A DNA stretch of 64,000 nucleotides. Source: Pseudomonadota bacterium (GTDB lineage: Bacteria; Pseudomonadota; Gammaproteobacteria; Burkholderiales; Burkholderiaceae_F). Every line of letters starts with the position of its first letter. The first letter of the stretch is position 1. Made by a program: the position numbers and the translations under genes. Location of the stretch: the NCBI GenBank assembly GCA_021842465.1, contig JAKBZN010000006.1, positions 4,728 through 68,727 of the forward strand. The letters are read 5' to 3'. Of the stretch, positions 28,484 to 37,129 are shown in pieces. The notes under the pieces are model-generated. The model was not told the DNA's origin, did no database searches, and saw nothing but the letters and a program-made list of their open reading frames with translations.

Positions 28484-29666
28484 GTCCAAGTTGTTCGATG
28501 ATGCTCATGCGCCGAACGGTGCGCCCCGGGACACGACCGATCAGACCGCCGAGCGCGACGAATGCGACGAGCGTCAGAAGTGCCGCCGTCGGCGAAAAGA
28601 AGATCTGCAGCGGATACCCGAGCGAGCGCCCCGGAGGGGGCGGCATCGGGATGTCGGCGACGCTCACGGCGAACGACAGGACGGCCGCGAGCCCAACGCC
28701 GATCACCGAGCCGGCCCCCATCACCATCGCGCCTTCCAGCGCGAAACTCGCCTGAATGGACCGCATCGGAAGCCCGATCGCCCGCAGCACGCCGATTTCA
28801 CGGATCCGCTCCATCACGCTCATCAGCAAGGCATTGGAGATCGACAGCAGGACGACCACGACGAGAATCAGACCGAACAAGGAAAAGATCACCCGGTAGA
28901 TCGACACGACCTGGCCATAGAACGGATCGATCGCAAACCACGGCTGCACGGCGAGACCCGGAAAGGCGCGCCGCAGGTCCCGCTCCACGGACGCCAGCCG
29001 ATCGCCGTGCCGCAACACCACGACAACCCGGGAGGCGCCGTCGAGCCCGAGCAACGATCGCGCCGCCGTCAGCGGGATCGTGACCCCGCGGCTGTCGAGG
29101 GCGGGAATCCCGGTTCGGTAGGTGCCCCGAACCGAAAAATCCATCGCGTTCAGAACGCCGTCCCGGTTCGTCACCAGAACGGTTACGAGGTCGCCGGGAT
29201 GGATGCGCAATGTCCCGGCGAGGTCGGCGGCCACGGTGATGCCGTTGCCGGAACCGTCGCCGAGGCCGGTGCCGGAAACCACCGGCAGAAACCCGGCGTT
29301 CAGACGCGCCTCCCGTTCGACATCGATGCCGCGGCCGACGAACGATGCGGTGCGCGTCCCCGTCGCGAGCAGCCCCTCGAACCGAATGCGCTCCATCGCG
29401 AATCGCACATCGGGATCCCTCGCCAGGAATGCCGAGATCCGGGCATCCTGCAAGCCCGTCAGATCCTGGCCGGGCACGGGGGACCGGATCTGCAGATCGC
29501 CGGTTTCGCCATCGATGATCGACTGGCGCAGGCCCGCAAAGGAAGCCAGGACAAATCCGACGCTGAGCAGGATTGCCGCAACGCCTCCGGCGACGACGGA
29601 GATCGCAAGCATCGAGCGCCGCCGATTGCGCAGCGTGCTCCGGGCCGCATAGCGCAGGACGTTCAT
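28476..29666 (-). CDS. ABC transporter permease, LolC/E-FtsX-MacB family
   Basis: RNRRRS.L, large periplasmic domain, MSVMERIREIGVLRAIG, IPMPPPPG. Confidence 0.9.
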   Translation of the reverse strand: MNVLRYAARSTLRNRRRSMLAISVVAGGVAAILLSVGFVLASFAGLRQSIIDGETGDLQIRSPVPGQDLTGLQDARISAFLARDPDVRFAMERIRFEGLLATGTRTASFVGRGIDVEREARLNAGFLPVVSGTGLGDGSGNGITVAADLAGTLRIHPGDLVTVLVTNRDGVLNAMDFSVRGTYRTGIPALDSRGVTIPLTAARSLLGLDGASRVVVVLRHGDRLASVERDLRRAFPGLAVQPWFAIDPFYGQVVSIYRVIFSLFGLILVVVVLLSISNALLMSVMERIREIGVLRAIGLPMRSIQASFALEGAMVMGAGSVIGVGLAAVLSFAVSVADIPMPPPPGRSLGYPLQIFFSPTAALLTLVAFVALGGLIGRVPGRTVRRMSIIEQLGHA

Positions 29667-30379
29667 TCGGCCAGCACTCCGTCGCACACATGGCAGCAAC
29701 GGTCGACGCGCTCCGTCACGCGCGCGTCATGCGTGGCGATCAGGAACGCCGTGCGGGTGCCCTGCTGCAACGTCGCGAAACAGTCGAGCAGCCGGGTCGC
29801 CGCCGCCGCGTCGAGGCTGGCCGTCGGCTCGTCGGCCAGAACGATGTCGGGTTCGGCGACAAGCGCGCGGGCGGCGGCAACCCGCTGCTGTTCACCGCCG
29901 GAAAGTCCGGCCGGCCGATGGTGCTCGCGATGCGACAAGCCGACCTGCGCCAATGCGGAACGCGCCCGCTCCCGCCGCTGCGCGCCGGATAGCGCGGATT
30001 GCAACAGCGGAATTTCGACGTTTTCGAGTGCGCTCAGGACCGGGACCAGATTGCCGCTCTGAAACAGGAATCCGATCCGCGTCCGACGAAAGGCGTCCGC
30101 CGCACGCCCCCCGGGGGAAGGCGCGTCGGCACCGTCATAGACAACCCTTCCGGACGTCGGCGCATCCAGCAGGCCGAGAATGTGGAGCAGCGTGCTCTTT
30201 CCGCTTCCCGACGGTCCCAACAGCGCACACATCTGCCCTGGAAACAACGAGAGGGAAGCCCGCTTCAAGGCGACGACTTCCCCCGCGCGCCCGCGGTAGA
30301 TTTTCGATATGCCGACGGCCGCAACGCACGGCTCCACCACGGACGCCGTGGCATGGATCTCCCGGGCATCCCCGTTCAC
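29663..30379 (-). CDS. ABC transporter ATP-binding protein (LolD-like)
   Basis: GPSGSGKST, LSGGEQQRVA, LADEPTASLD, ATHD. Confidence 0.93.
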   Translation of the reverse strand: MNGDAREIHATASVVEPCVAAVGISKIYRGRAGEVVALKRASLSLFPGQMCALLGPSGSGKSTLLHILGLLDAPTSGRVVYDGADAPSPGGRAADAFRRTRIGFLFQSGNLVPVLSALENVEIPLLQSALSGAQRRERARSALAQVGLSHREHHRPAGLSGGEQQRVAAARALVAEPDIVLADEPTASLDAAAATRLLDCFATLQQGTRTAFLIATHDARVTERVDRCCHVCDGVLAE

Positions 30380-31002
30380 CGTCGGCTCCAGATCGTGGCC
30401 ACCACGCCGGGCGACACCGACCTCGCGGCGCGGAGATAGCGCGCGCTTGCCGAGTCATCGCCGGCGCGGTGCGCCAACACGGCGAGCCATGCCAGCGCGG
30501 TCGCCCGATCACCCGGGCTCATCGTCGGAAACCCCGGACTGCGATAGGCGCGGGCCAGATCCCGACGAGCAACCGATCCCTGGCCGAAGAGAGTCGGGAT
30601 TTGCGCGCAGGTGATCCCCCGGACCATCTCCACTTCCAGGCGCTGCGATGCGGGGGTACCGGCCCTGGCGGCGATATCGGCGGCCTGTCCCATCAGGTCG
30701 AGCCCACGATGAAGATTGGCCAGCCGTATCCACGGCAACCATCCGTCGCGAGCCATCAGCGCCGCCAAGCTTCCTTCATAGACCAGCGGAATCGGATCCG
30801 CGGGGCGGCTCGCCGCGACGTGCCGGGCGAAATCGAAGGCGGCGTCGACGGTCGCCGGATCCGCCTTCGCCCTGTCGAAGCGCGCGATCATCTCGCGGAT
30901 TTCCGGATCGGCATGAACTCCATAGCACCATGCCGCCCGCGGACCGGCAATCACCAGGCCAATCAGGAAAAGCCGCGCCAACGTCCTTCCCGGCTTGTGC
31001 AT
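30376..31002 (-). CDS. Secreted helical (TPR-like) hypothetical protein
   Basis: RBS AAGGAGGAG, signal peptide, stop coupled to the ABC ATPase start; P.DP..LVY.GS...L.A and G...M..A motifs. Confidence 0.6.
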   Translation of the reverse strand: MHKPGRTLARLFLIGLVIAGPRAAWCYGVHADPEIREMIARFDRAKADPATVDAAFDFARHVAASRPADPIPLVYEGSLAALMARDGWLPWIRLANLHRGLDLMGQAADIAARAGTPASQRLEVEMVRGITCAQIPTLFGQGSVARRDLARAYRSPGFPTMSPGDRATALAWLAVLAHRAGDDSASARYLRAARSVSPGVVATIWSRR

Positions 31003-31036
31003 CACGAAGCTCCTCCTTGATCCGTTCATCCTCGAC

Positions 31037-33328
31037 CTATGCCCCCTCGACGACGACCGCCGTCGCATCTCCCGCGGGAGAAACGTACGCGGCCAGAACC
31101 GCGCCGCCATCGGTCCGGTGGCGATGGATCCACTGCGTCGCGGTGGCAACGACCGTGGGAAACGCGGCCGCCTGCCCATGGCCGACCGCCGCGCCGACAT
31201 CGATCATCGGGATGCGCGAGCCCCGGAACAATCCGGCGACGGCGTTCCGATAGCGTCGGCGCCAGCACTGGGGGCCATGCAGCACGGTCACGACCCCGCA
31301 CAGCCCCGTCGTGGCCACGCCCGCTTCGTGCATCGCCACCGCGACGGCGCGCTCCAGCGCACCGCAAATCCCGTCCTCCCCCTCGGCGTCCGTTGCCGTG
31401 GTCCGTCCCAGGCCGCTGAGCAGGGCCTGGGGTGCGGCATCGCGCCGAATCATCGCCGCGTACGTCTCCAGGACGAGTGCCGTAGCGCCTTCGGAAATGG
31501 GACCGAGCGTTGCGTCGCCCCCCGTCTCGCTCGGAACATATGCCGTCGATTGATCGGCGAGGAAGCGATCGGCGACTTCGTTGGCCCCGAAAACACACAG
31601 GCGCTCCTGGTGGCCGTGGCGGACGAAAAGCATGCCGGCGGCCAGGCCCGCATCCCCGCCGACCAGCGTGGTGTTGAACCCTTTCAGTCCGTACGCGATC
31701 GAGACGGCCCCCGCCGCCGCATTCAGGGTGGTCAGGGGAAACTGCGATGCGCTTGCAAACTGCGGTCCGTCTTCCAGGACGCTGCGCATGAATTTCCGCA
31801 CCGCCGTGTGCGATCCCGCCGAGACGGCGCCGATCACCCCGCAGGGGACGAGCAGGTCGTCACGCTCAATGTCGATTCCCGCATCGGAGAACGCGCATTC
31901 CGCCGCAGCCAACGCAAAGCGGATGAGCGGGGGGCTGCGCCGAAAGGCTTCCAGCCGCCCCTCCATCGGCGGCAGTGCGCAGGCCATTGCGGTCGTGATT
32001 CCCGGGCCATCCGGCGCAAACGCCGCCGGCCCGACGATCGCGCGGTCGAACCATTCGGGATTCGCGGGTAGCCATTTGCCGACCCCGCTGACGAACGTCC
32101 GCTGCCGGGCCGGCACCCGCGACACCGCCGGTGGGTGCTTCGAAAGGACGACGGACGCATTGTTGCCGCCGAATCCGTACTTGTTGCTGATGAACGTCTC
32201 GTTGCGTGCCGGTCTGGGTTCCGAACCGACGACGTTCACAGGCGCGCACCCGGGACGCAACGAGGTAAATCCCGCCGTTGGTGCGACGAGCCCCCGTTCC
32301 GCCAGCGCGATCGAAACGGCGATCTCCATCACGCCGCACGCCCCGAGCGTGTGCCCCAGGAAGCCTTTGAGCGAACTCACGGGCACGGCATCTCCGAACA
32401 CGCGAACCGTCGCAATGGACTCCGGGATGTCGTTGGCGTCGGTGCCGGTTCCATGGGCGGATACGTAATCCACGTCTTCCGGAACCATGCCGGCATCGTG
32501 CAGCGCGCCGCGCATCGCCGCCTCCAACCCCTGTCCGCTCGCATCGACCGCGGTTTCGTGGAACGCGTCCCCCGAGAGCGCATAGCCGCGCACGAACCAT
32601 GCGCCGCCCGCCCCGCGGGCCCGCGCGTGACGCTCCGATTCCAAGAGCAGCGCGCAGGCGCCTTCGCCGAGCGTGATCCCGGCGGGCCGGGAAAACGGCG
32701 CCGCACCGACCCGGCTGACGGCGCGAAGGCTGTTGAAGCCTGCGAGGATCGACAGCGAAACCGTGTCGGTGCCCACGATCAGCGCCACCGGCACCATTCC
32801 CGAGCGGATGAGGTCCGCACCGATGCCGACCGCGGCATTGCTCGAAGAACATGCGGAAGACACGGTAAGACGCGGTCCGCCGGATCCCAACATCGTCGTC
32901 AGCACGATCGCCGGATGATCCGTCAAGGAACCTGCGAAATCCGTCGGTTCCGTCCCCCCGTTTCCGCGCGCCGTCGACGAATACATCCGCTCCAGAGAGT
33001 GGATGCCGCTATGGGAACTCCCGACCACGATTGCGGCGCCGACATGCGCAAACGACGCGGCGGTCATGGCGGCGTTGCGCAAGGCGCCGAGCGCGGCATG
33101 GACCGCATATCGCGCACCCGGATCGCACGCGGAAAGATCGATGCCGCCGGTCGCGAAGTCGAAGTCGGGCGGAAACTCGACCACGCGGTCGCTCTCCAGG
33201 CTTCCGCCATCGAATGCCCGCGCCGGTCGGACTCCATCGCGCCCCGCCAGCAGCGAGGAGACAAGGTCATCGATCGACCCGCCGAGCGGATGACAGACCG
33301 ACATTCCGGTAATCACGACATCGTCCAT
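31037..33328 (-). CDS. Fused beta-ketoacyl synthase didomain: catalytic KS plus Cys-less chain-length-factor-like domain
   Basis: N-half has SACSSS, AHGTGT, KGFLGHTLGA and FGGNNA (C-H-H triad intact). C-half has FPLTTLNAAAG...KGFNTTL but no catalytic Cys, and retains GP.SEGA..LVLE. Confidence 0.85.
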   Translation of the reverse strand: MDDVVITGMSVCHPLGGSIDDLVSSLLAGRDGVRPARAFDGGSLESDRVVEFPPDFDFATGGIDLSACDPGARYAVHAALGALRNAAMTAASFAHVGAAIVVGSSHSGIHSLERMYSSTARGNGGTEPTDFAGSLTDHPAIVLTTMLGSGGPRLTVSSACSSSNAAVGIGADLIRSGMVPVALIVGTDTVSLSILAGFNSLRAVSRVGAAPFSRPAGITLGEGACALLLESERHARARGAGGAWFVRGYALSGDAFHETAVDASGQGLEAAMRGALHDAGMVPEDVDYVSAHGTGTDANDIPESIATVRVFGDAVPVSSLKGFLGHTLGACGVMEIAVSIALAERGLVAPTAGFTSLRPGCAPVNVVGSEPRPARNETFISNKYGFGGNNASVVLSKHPPAVSRVPARQRTFVSGVGKWLPANPEWFDRAIVGPAAFAPDGPGITTAMACALPPMEGRLEAFRRSPPLIRFALAAAECAFSDAGIDIERDDLLVPCGVIGAVSAGSHTAVRKFMRSVLEDGPQFASASQFPLTTLNAAAGAVSIAYGLKGFNTTLVGGDAGLAAGMLFVRHGHQERLCVFGANEVADRFLADQSTAYVPSETGGDATLGPISEGATALVLETYAAMIRRDAAPQALLSGLGRTTATDAEGEDGICGALERAVAVAMHEAGVATTGLCGVVTVLHGPQCWRRRYRNAVAGLFRGSRIPMIDVGAAVGHGQAAAFPTVVATATQWIHRHRTDGGAVLAAYVSPAGDATAVVVEGA

Positions 33329-33408
33329 GAGGAAAGGCCTTCCCGGATGACTTCCCGTTCCTAACGGTCATGGCGACGCACGCCGCCCCGAATGATGAAA
33401 CCACCCGT

Positions 33409-33486
33409 CGTCATCGCGAGCCCCGCAGGGCCGTGGCGATCCCGACAACGCACTGGATTGCTTCGGGCTTCGCCCTCGCAATGACG
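33409..33486. repeat. Palindromic interspersed repeat (CIR/RPE-like, GTCATxGCGAG...CTCGCAATGAC)
   Basis: Left arm cgtcatcgcgagccccgcagggccgtggcgatcc, right arm ctggattgcttcgggcttcgccctcgcaatgacg; both recur at 44606-44708. Confidence 0.8.
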
Positions 33487-33498
33487 AAGGTTTCATCG

Positions 33499-34239
33499 TT
33501 ACCGCTTGAAGCCGCCGTCGACTTTGATCGTGGTGCCGTTGACGTACCGCGCGCCCAGGAGAAACATCACGGCATCGGCGACATCCGCCGGTTCACCGAT
33601 CCGGCGCAGCGATGTGCCATGGACGATGTGCCGGACCATGTCGTCGTCGAGCGTTCGCGTCATCTCGGTCGCAATGAATCCGGGCGCGACCGCGTTCGCC
33701 CGAACGCCGGTCCCGCGGGTTCTGCGGGCCAGGAGCTTCGTAAAGCCGATCACTCCGCCCTTGCTGGCGGCGTACGGAACCTGCCCTTCCTTTCCGGCAA
33801 CCCCGGCAAGCGATGCGATATTGACGATCGATGCATCGGGGCGGCTCCGGAGGAGCGGCAGCAAGGACTCCGTCAGGCGGATCGTTCCGAACAGGTTCGC
33901 CTGGAGCAGCGCCGCGACCCGCCCGTCCTCCATCGCAAGGAAGGCACCGTCGTCCGTGGTTCCGGCATTGTTGACGATCGCATCCAGGCGCCCCGCCAGC
34001 GCGGCAATCGCCCGTGTCGCCACGGCGATGGAGGTGTCGGACCCGAGATCCATCCGCACGAACGCGGGCATGGGCACCCTGCTGATCGCGCCGCCGCCCG
34101 GAGAAGAACGGCCGCGCTCGCGCGGCTCGCGCCGGTACGTACCGATCACACGCCAGCCCGCATGCCCCAGGCGGTCGGCGATCGCCTTGCCGATTCCCCT
34201 CGTGGCACCCGTCACCACAACCGTCTTCACCGCGGTCAT
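33499..34239 (-). CDS. 3-oxoacyl-ACP reductase (FabG-like SDR)
   Basis: TGATRGIG, NNAG, NIAS, YAASK, NAVAPGFI.TEM, VDGG. Confidence 0.9.
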   Translation of the reverse strand: MTAVKTVVVTGATRGIGKAIADRLGHAGWRVIGTYRREPRERGRSSPGGGAISRVPMPAFVRMDLGSDTSIAVATRAIAALAGRLDAIVNNAGTTDDGAFLAMEDGRVAALLQANLFGTIRLTESLLPLLRSRPDASIVNIASLAGVAGKEGQVPYAASKGGVIGFTKLLARRTRGTGVRANAVAPGFIATEMTRTLDDDMVRHIVHGTSLRRIGEPADVADAVMFLLGARYVNGTTIKVDGGFKR

Positions 34240-34859
34240 AGATTTCCCTCCGGGAACCCGACGCCGACCGGAATCACCATCCCCGCAAAGCATCGGCAAT
34301 CCATTCGGCACAACCCGACCACCACACGCGCGACCGCAGCCGCCGTCACCGGATGGAACCGCAACGCATAGGCCTTGAGGTCCGGGCGCGCGGCGATCCA
34401 GGCGGACTCCGGGGCCTGTTCGGCGAACGACTGGACATCGAGAACATTGATCTCCACACCCATCCGGAACACCTCCTTCGCTAGGCTCTTCGCCGCCGCA
34501 ATCCGCGCGCGGCTCGCGATCGGCGACTGGGGCAGCGCCAGGTAGTAGCTCGCGCTGTCCTCCTGGGTCAGTACGAATATCTTTCCGCCGCCCCGACGCG
34601 CCAAGGCGACCGATGCCTGCCGGATTTCGACCAGGAAACGCATCAGGTCGGCATTGATGCGCTCGGTGATGGCGGGAAAATCGGCATCGCCATCCAACAA
34701 GGTCGACTCGTCGGTTTCCGGCAGGCCGAATGCGACGCAATCGAATTCGCCGGCGAGGCGAAGACTCGCGACGCATTCCGCGAGGAGTCCGCAACGGGCG
34801 GCTTCGTCGACGATCGCGTCGACAAGGGGCGACGGATTCGCCACGATGGCGAGGTTCAT
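34236..34859 (-). CDS. Degenerate SDR/ketoreductase-like protein
   Basis: SDR-like C-half (GGKI...AKSLAKEV...GVEINVL, FAGMVIPVG) without the GxxxGxG and YxxxK motifs; translationally coupled to the FabG-like gene. Confidence 0.65.
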   Translation of the reverse strand: MNLAIVANPSPLVDAIVDEAARCGLLAECVASLRLAGEFDCVAFGLPETDESTLLDGDADFPAITERINADLMRFLVEIRQASVALARRGGGKIFVLTQEDSASYYLALPQSPIASRARIAAAKSLAKEVFRMGVEINVLDVQSFAEQAPESAWIAARPDLKAYALRFHPVTAAAVARVVVGLCRMDCRCFAGMVIPVGVGFPEGNL

Positions 34860-34878
34860 GACCGATTTCCCCGGGCGG

Positions 34879-35937
34879 TTAGGAAATCGTCGCGGTTGCA
34901 TACATCCACGTTGCCGACTCCACGGCCAGAAAGCCGACGCACGCCCCGGGCAGCCGTACGGCGCCGCGCTCGACGGCGATATCGAGGGCCCGGAAAATCG
35001 CGGCCGCGGGGGCGTTTCCGGTTTCATCTCCGATGTAGAACCGCTTGGCATCGAAGACGTGGGTCGCGTGGAGCCCCATCAAGGCGGGATTGGCCTGCGG
35101 CAGTACGACGAGATCCATCCGGTCGACTCCGCCCGCCATGTCGAGGAGTTCGGTTCGGGCGGCATCGATGACTTCCGGCATGATTCGCCGTATCGCCCGA
35201 TGGTCGTGGCGGCATACGCCGTTGCACAGCGTGAACCCCGGCCTCCGGTCGGCGTACCGCGACGACACGTTGATCGGGCCGATCGCCGGAAAGCGCGCGC
35301 GGTTGCCCTGCCGATTCGGTGCACGCCCGACGACCATGGCGCCGGCACCGTCGGCAAACCCGAGGGCGTTGAGGACGTCCTCGGTCCGAGGTGCCCTGCG
35401 CCCCACCAGGGGCGTATAGAACTTGTTGGAAATGAACTCGCTGCCGCAGACCAGTGCGCAGTCCACCGTCCCCGAGGCGACGCGGTCGCGCGCGATCTTG
35501 AGTGCCTGGAGGCTCGATGCGCAGCCGCCGCGAACGTCGACGAGATCGGAACGTCGGATTCCGAGACGCTTCTGCAACGCATGGGGTGGCGGGGGCAACT
35601 CGGAGTCCGGCGTCGACGTCGCCGTGACGATGAGATCGACATCGTTGGCGGCGCATCCCGCACGGTCGAGCGCCCGTTGCGCGGCCCGCGCGGCGAACTC
35701 GGTGTTGCTGTAGGAGGGATCGCGGAGTTTTCCGGTACGGGGATCGACCCCGAGATACCGGGTTCGCACGCCGAAAAAGTCCATTACCGTCTGTGCCGGA
35801 ATGGCAAGCGCCGACTCGATCTCCGCATTGCCCACCGGGGTTCCGGGGGAATACGAACCAAGCCCCAGGACGACCGCGGGCGCAGCCGATTCCGGGAACC
35901 CCTCGTGCGAAGGCAGACGCATGACGGCCCCTTTCAC
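34879..35937 (-). CDS. KAS III (FabH-like) thiolase-fold enzyme
   Basis: GLGSY.P...V.N, DLIVTATSTPD, RGGCAS (Cys), FADGAGA, VLPQAN (His absent), GNAPAA. Confidence 0.85.
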   Translation of the reverse strand: MKGAVMRLPSHEGFPESAAPAVVLGLGSYSPGTPVGNAEIESALAIPAQTVMDFFGVRTRYLGVDPRTGKLRDPSYSNTEFAARAAQRALDRAGCAANDVDLIVTATSTPDSELPPPPHALQKRLGIRRSDLVDVRGGCASSLQALKIARDRVASGTVDCALVCGSEFISNKFYTPLVGRRAPRTEDVLNALGFADGAGAMVVGRAPNRQGNRARFPAIGPINVSSRYADRRPGFTLCNGVCRHDHRAIRRIMPEVIDAARTELLDMAGGVDRMDLVVLPQANPALMGLHATHVFDAKRFYIGDETGNAPAAAIFRALDIAVERGAVRLPGACVGFLAVESATWMYATATIS

Positions 35938-36224
35938 GAAGCGACCCCCGCCTGCAGGCGGTGGACGTGCTCGCTGAAGTCGCGGACGGTGGTGCAGAGC
36001 TGGGCGATGCGATCCCGGGAGATCTCGCCGAACTTGACCCGAAACAGCAATTCGGCGCCCACGACCAGATCGAGCGCATCGACCGAATCCAGGCCCAGTC
36101 CGCGCTCATCGAGCAGGGGTATGTCGTCCGATATCGAGGCCTCGGTGAATCCCAACTCACCAAGCTCCAGGCGCCCCAGGAGCAGATCGCTTTTTACCCG
36201 CCGCATGATCTCGTCAACACTCAT
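35934..36224 (-). CDS. Acyl carrier protein
   Basis: 96 aa, acidic, GLGLDSVDALDL phosphopantetheine attachment motif, TVRD. Confidence 0.9.
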   Translation of the reverse strand: MSVDEIMRRVKSDLLLGRLELGELGFTEASISDDIPLLDERGLGLDSVDALDLVVGAELLFRVKFGEISRDRIAQLCTTVRDFSEHVHRLQAGVAS

Positions 36225-36699
36225 TGCTGCCTCCCCCTTCGGTGTCACTGCGAAAATCGAATGCCGGCACCCGCGCCTCGTGGAGCAGCAGTTCGGCGCG
36301 CGCAACGCGCTCGCGCCCGATGTGCGCGCCGCATTTGAATGCGTAGTACCCGGATGATTCGCCGGCCATCCCGGGATCGGTTCGCACCAAGGTCGCGCGA
36401 AACTGCACGCAGTCGCCGGGGCGCACGATGCGGTGGAACGACGCCGAGGCCACCTTCGCCAGGTAGCCATGGCGGATCGTTCCGTGGCGCGCATTGATGT
36501 AGACCCGCGACAATTGCGCCATCGCCTCGAGAAGAAGGACGCCGGGCACGATCGGGTCACCGGGGAAGTGCCCCTGAAAATAGAACTCGTCGACATGGAA
36601 CAGGCGTCGCCCGACGATGGCGTTGGGATCCTCCGACAAGATCGCTTCATCGAGAAAGCGGAACGGATGCGTCTGCCGCAGCAAGCGAAGGGCGGTCAT
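36214..36699 (-). CDS. 3-hydroxyacyl-ACP dehydratase (FabZ-like)
   Basis: HPFRFLD, FYFQGHFPGDPIVPGVLLLEAMAQ, F...V.PGD. Confidence 0.9.
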   Translation of the reverse strand: MTALRLLRQTHPFRFLDEAILSEDPNAIVGRRLFHVDEFYFQGHFPGDPIVPGVLLLEAMAQLSRVYINARHGTIRHGYLAKVASASFHRIVRPGDCVQFRATLVRTDPGMAGESSGYYAFKCGAHIGRERVARAELLLHEARVPAFDFRSDTEGGGSNEC

Positions 36700-36715
36700 G
36701 GTTCGATTTGGACGG

Positions 36716-37129
36716 TCAGGATTGGGTCCGAATGGTTTCCAGACGCGCAACCGCGATGAGCCGCCCGCCTTGGCGTGCGTGGCACGCATAGGACGAGGAC
36801 CTTCCTGCCTGCCCGAGCAGCTGCGCGCAGACGATGACCGCGGAGGCGGAATAGCGCGGCGCCGGGAACGCGCCGTCGGTGATTCGCGTCACGTAGCCGA
36901 TTCCGCCGTCGCTGCGCAGGGTGCTGAGCGTCGCCGCGGCCTGGGCGAATGCCTCGAGCAGCAGGATATTGGGGAACAGATCGCCCACGATGTCCGCGCG
37001 ACACCAGTCGTCGCTCAGATGCATTTCGACGCGGTCATCGGATATAAAGCGCGATATGTCGCCGACGAACTGGAACGGCGGCTTCTGACGGATGGCGGGA
37101 GCGCACATGGGAGCGGGTCGGCGATTCAT
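36716..37129 (-). CDS. Degenerate hotdog-fold dehydratase-like protein
   Basis: QKPPFQFVG, FPNILLLEAFAQAA but no GHFP catalytic His; ATG overlaps the asnB-like stop. Confidence 0.65.
   Translation of the reverse strand: MNRRPAPMCAPAIRQKPPFQFVGDISRFISDDRVEMHLSDDWCRADIVGDLFPNILLLEAFAQAAATLSTLRSDGGIGYVTRITDGAFPAPRYSASAVIVCAQLLGQAGRSSSYACHARQGGRLIAVARLETIRTQS

Noticed and set aside
33409-33486. 34-bp repeats as a possible CRISPR
   Set aside because: There are only two dispersed copies 11 kb apart, with no repeat-spacer array and no cas genes.
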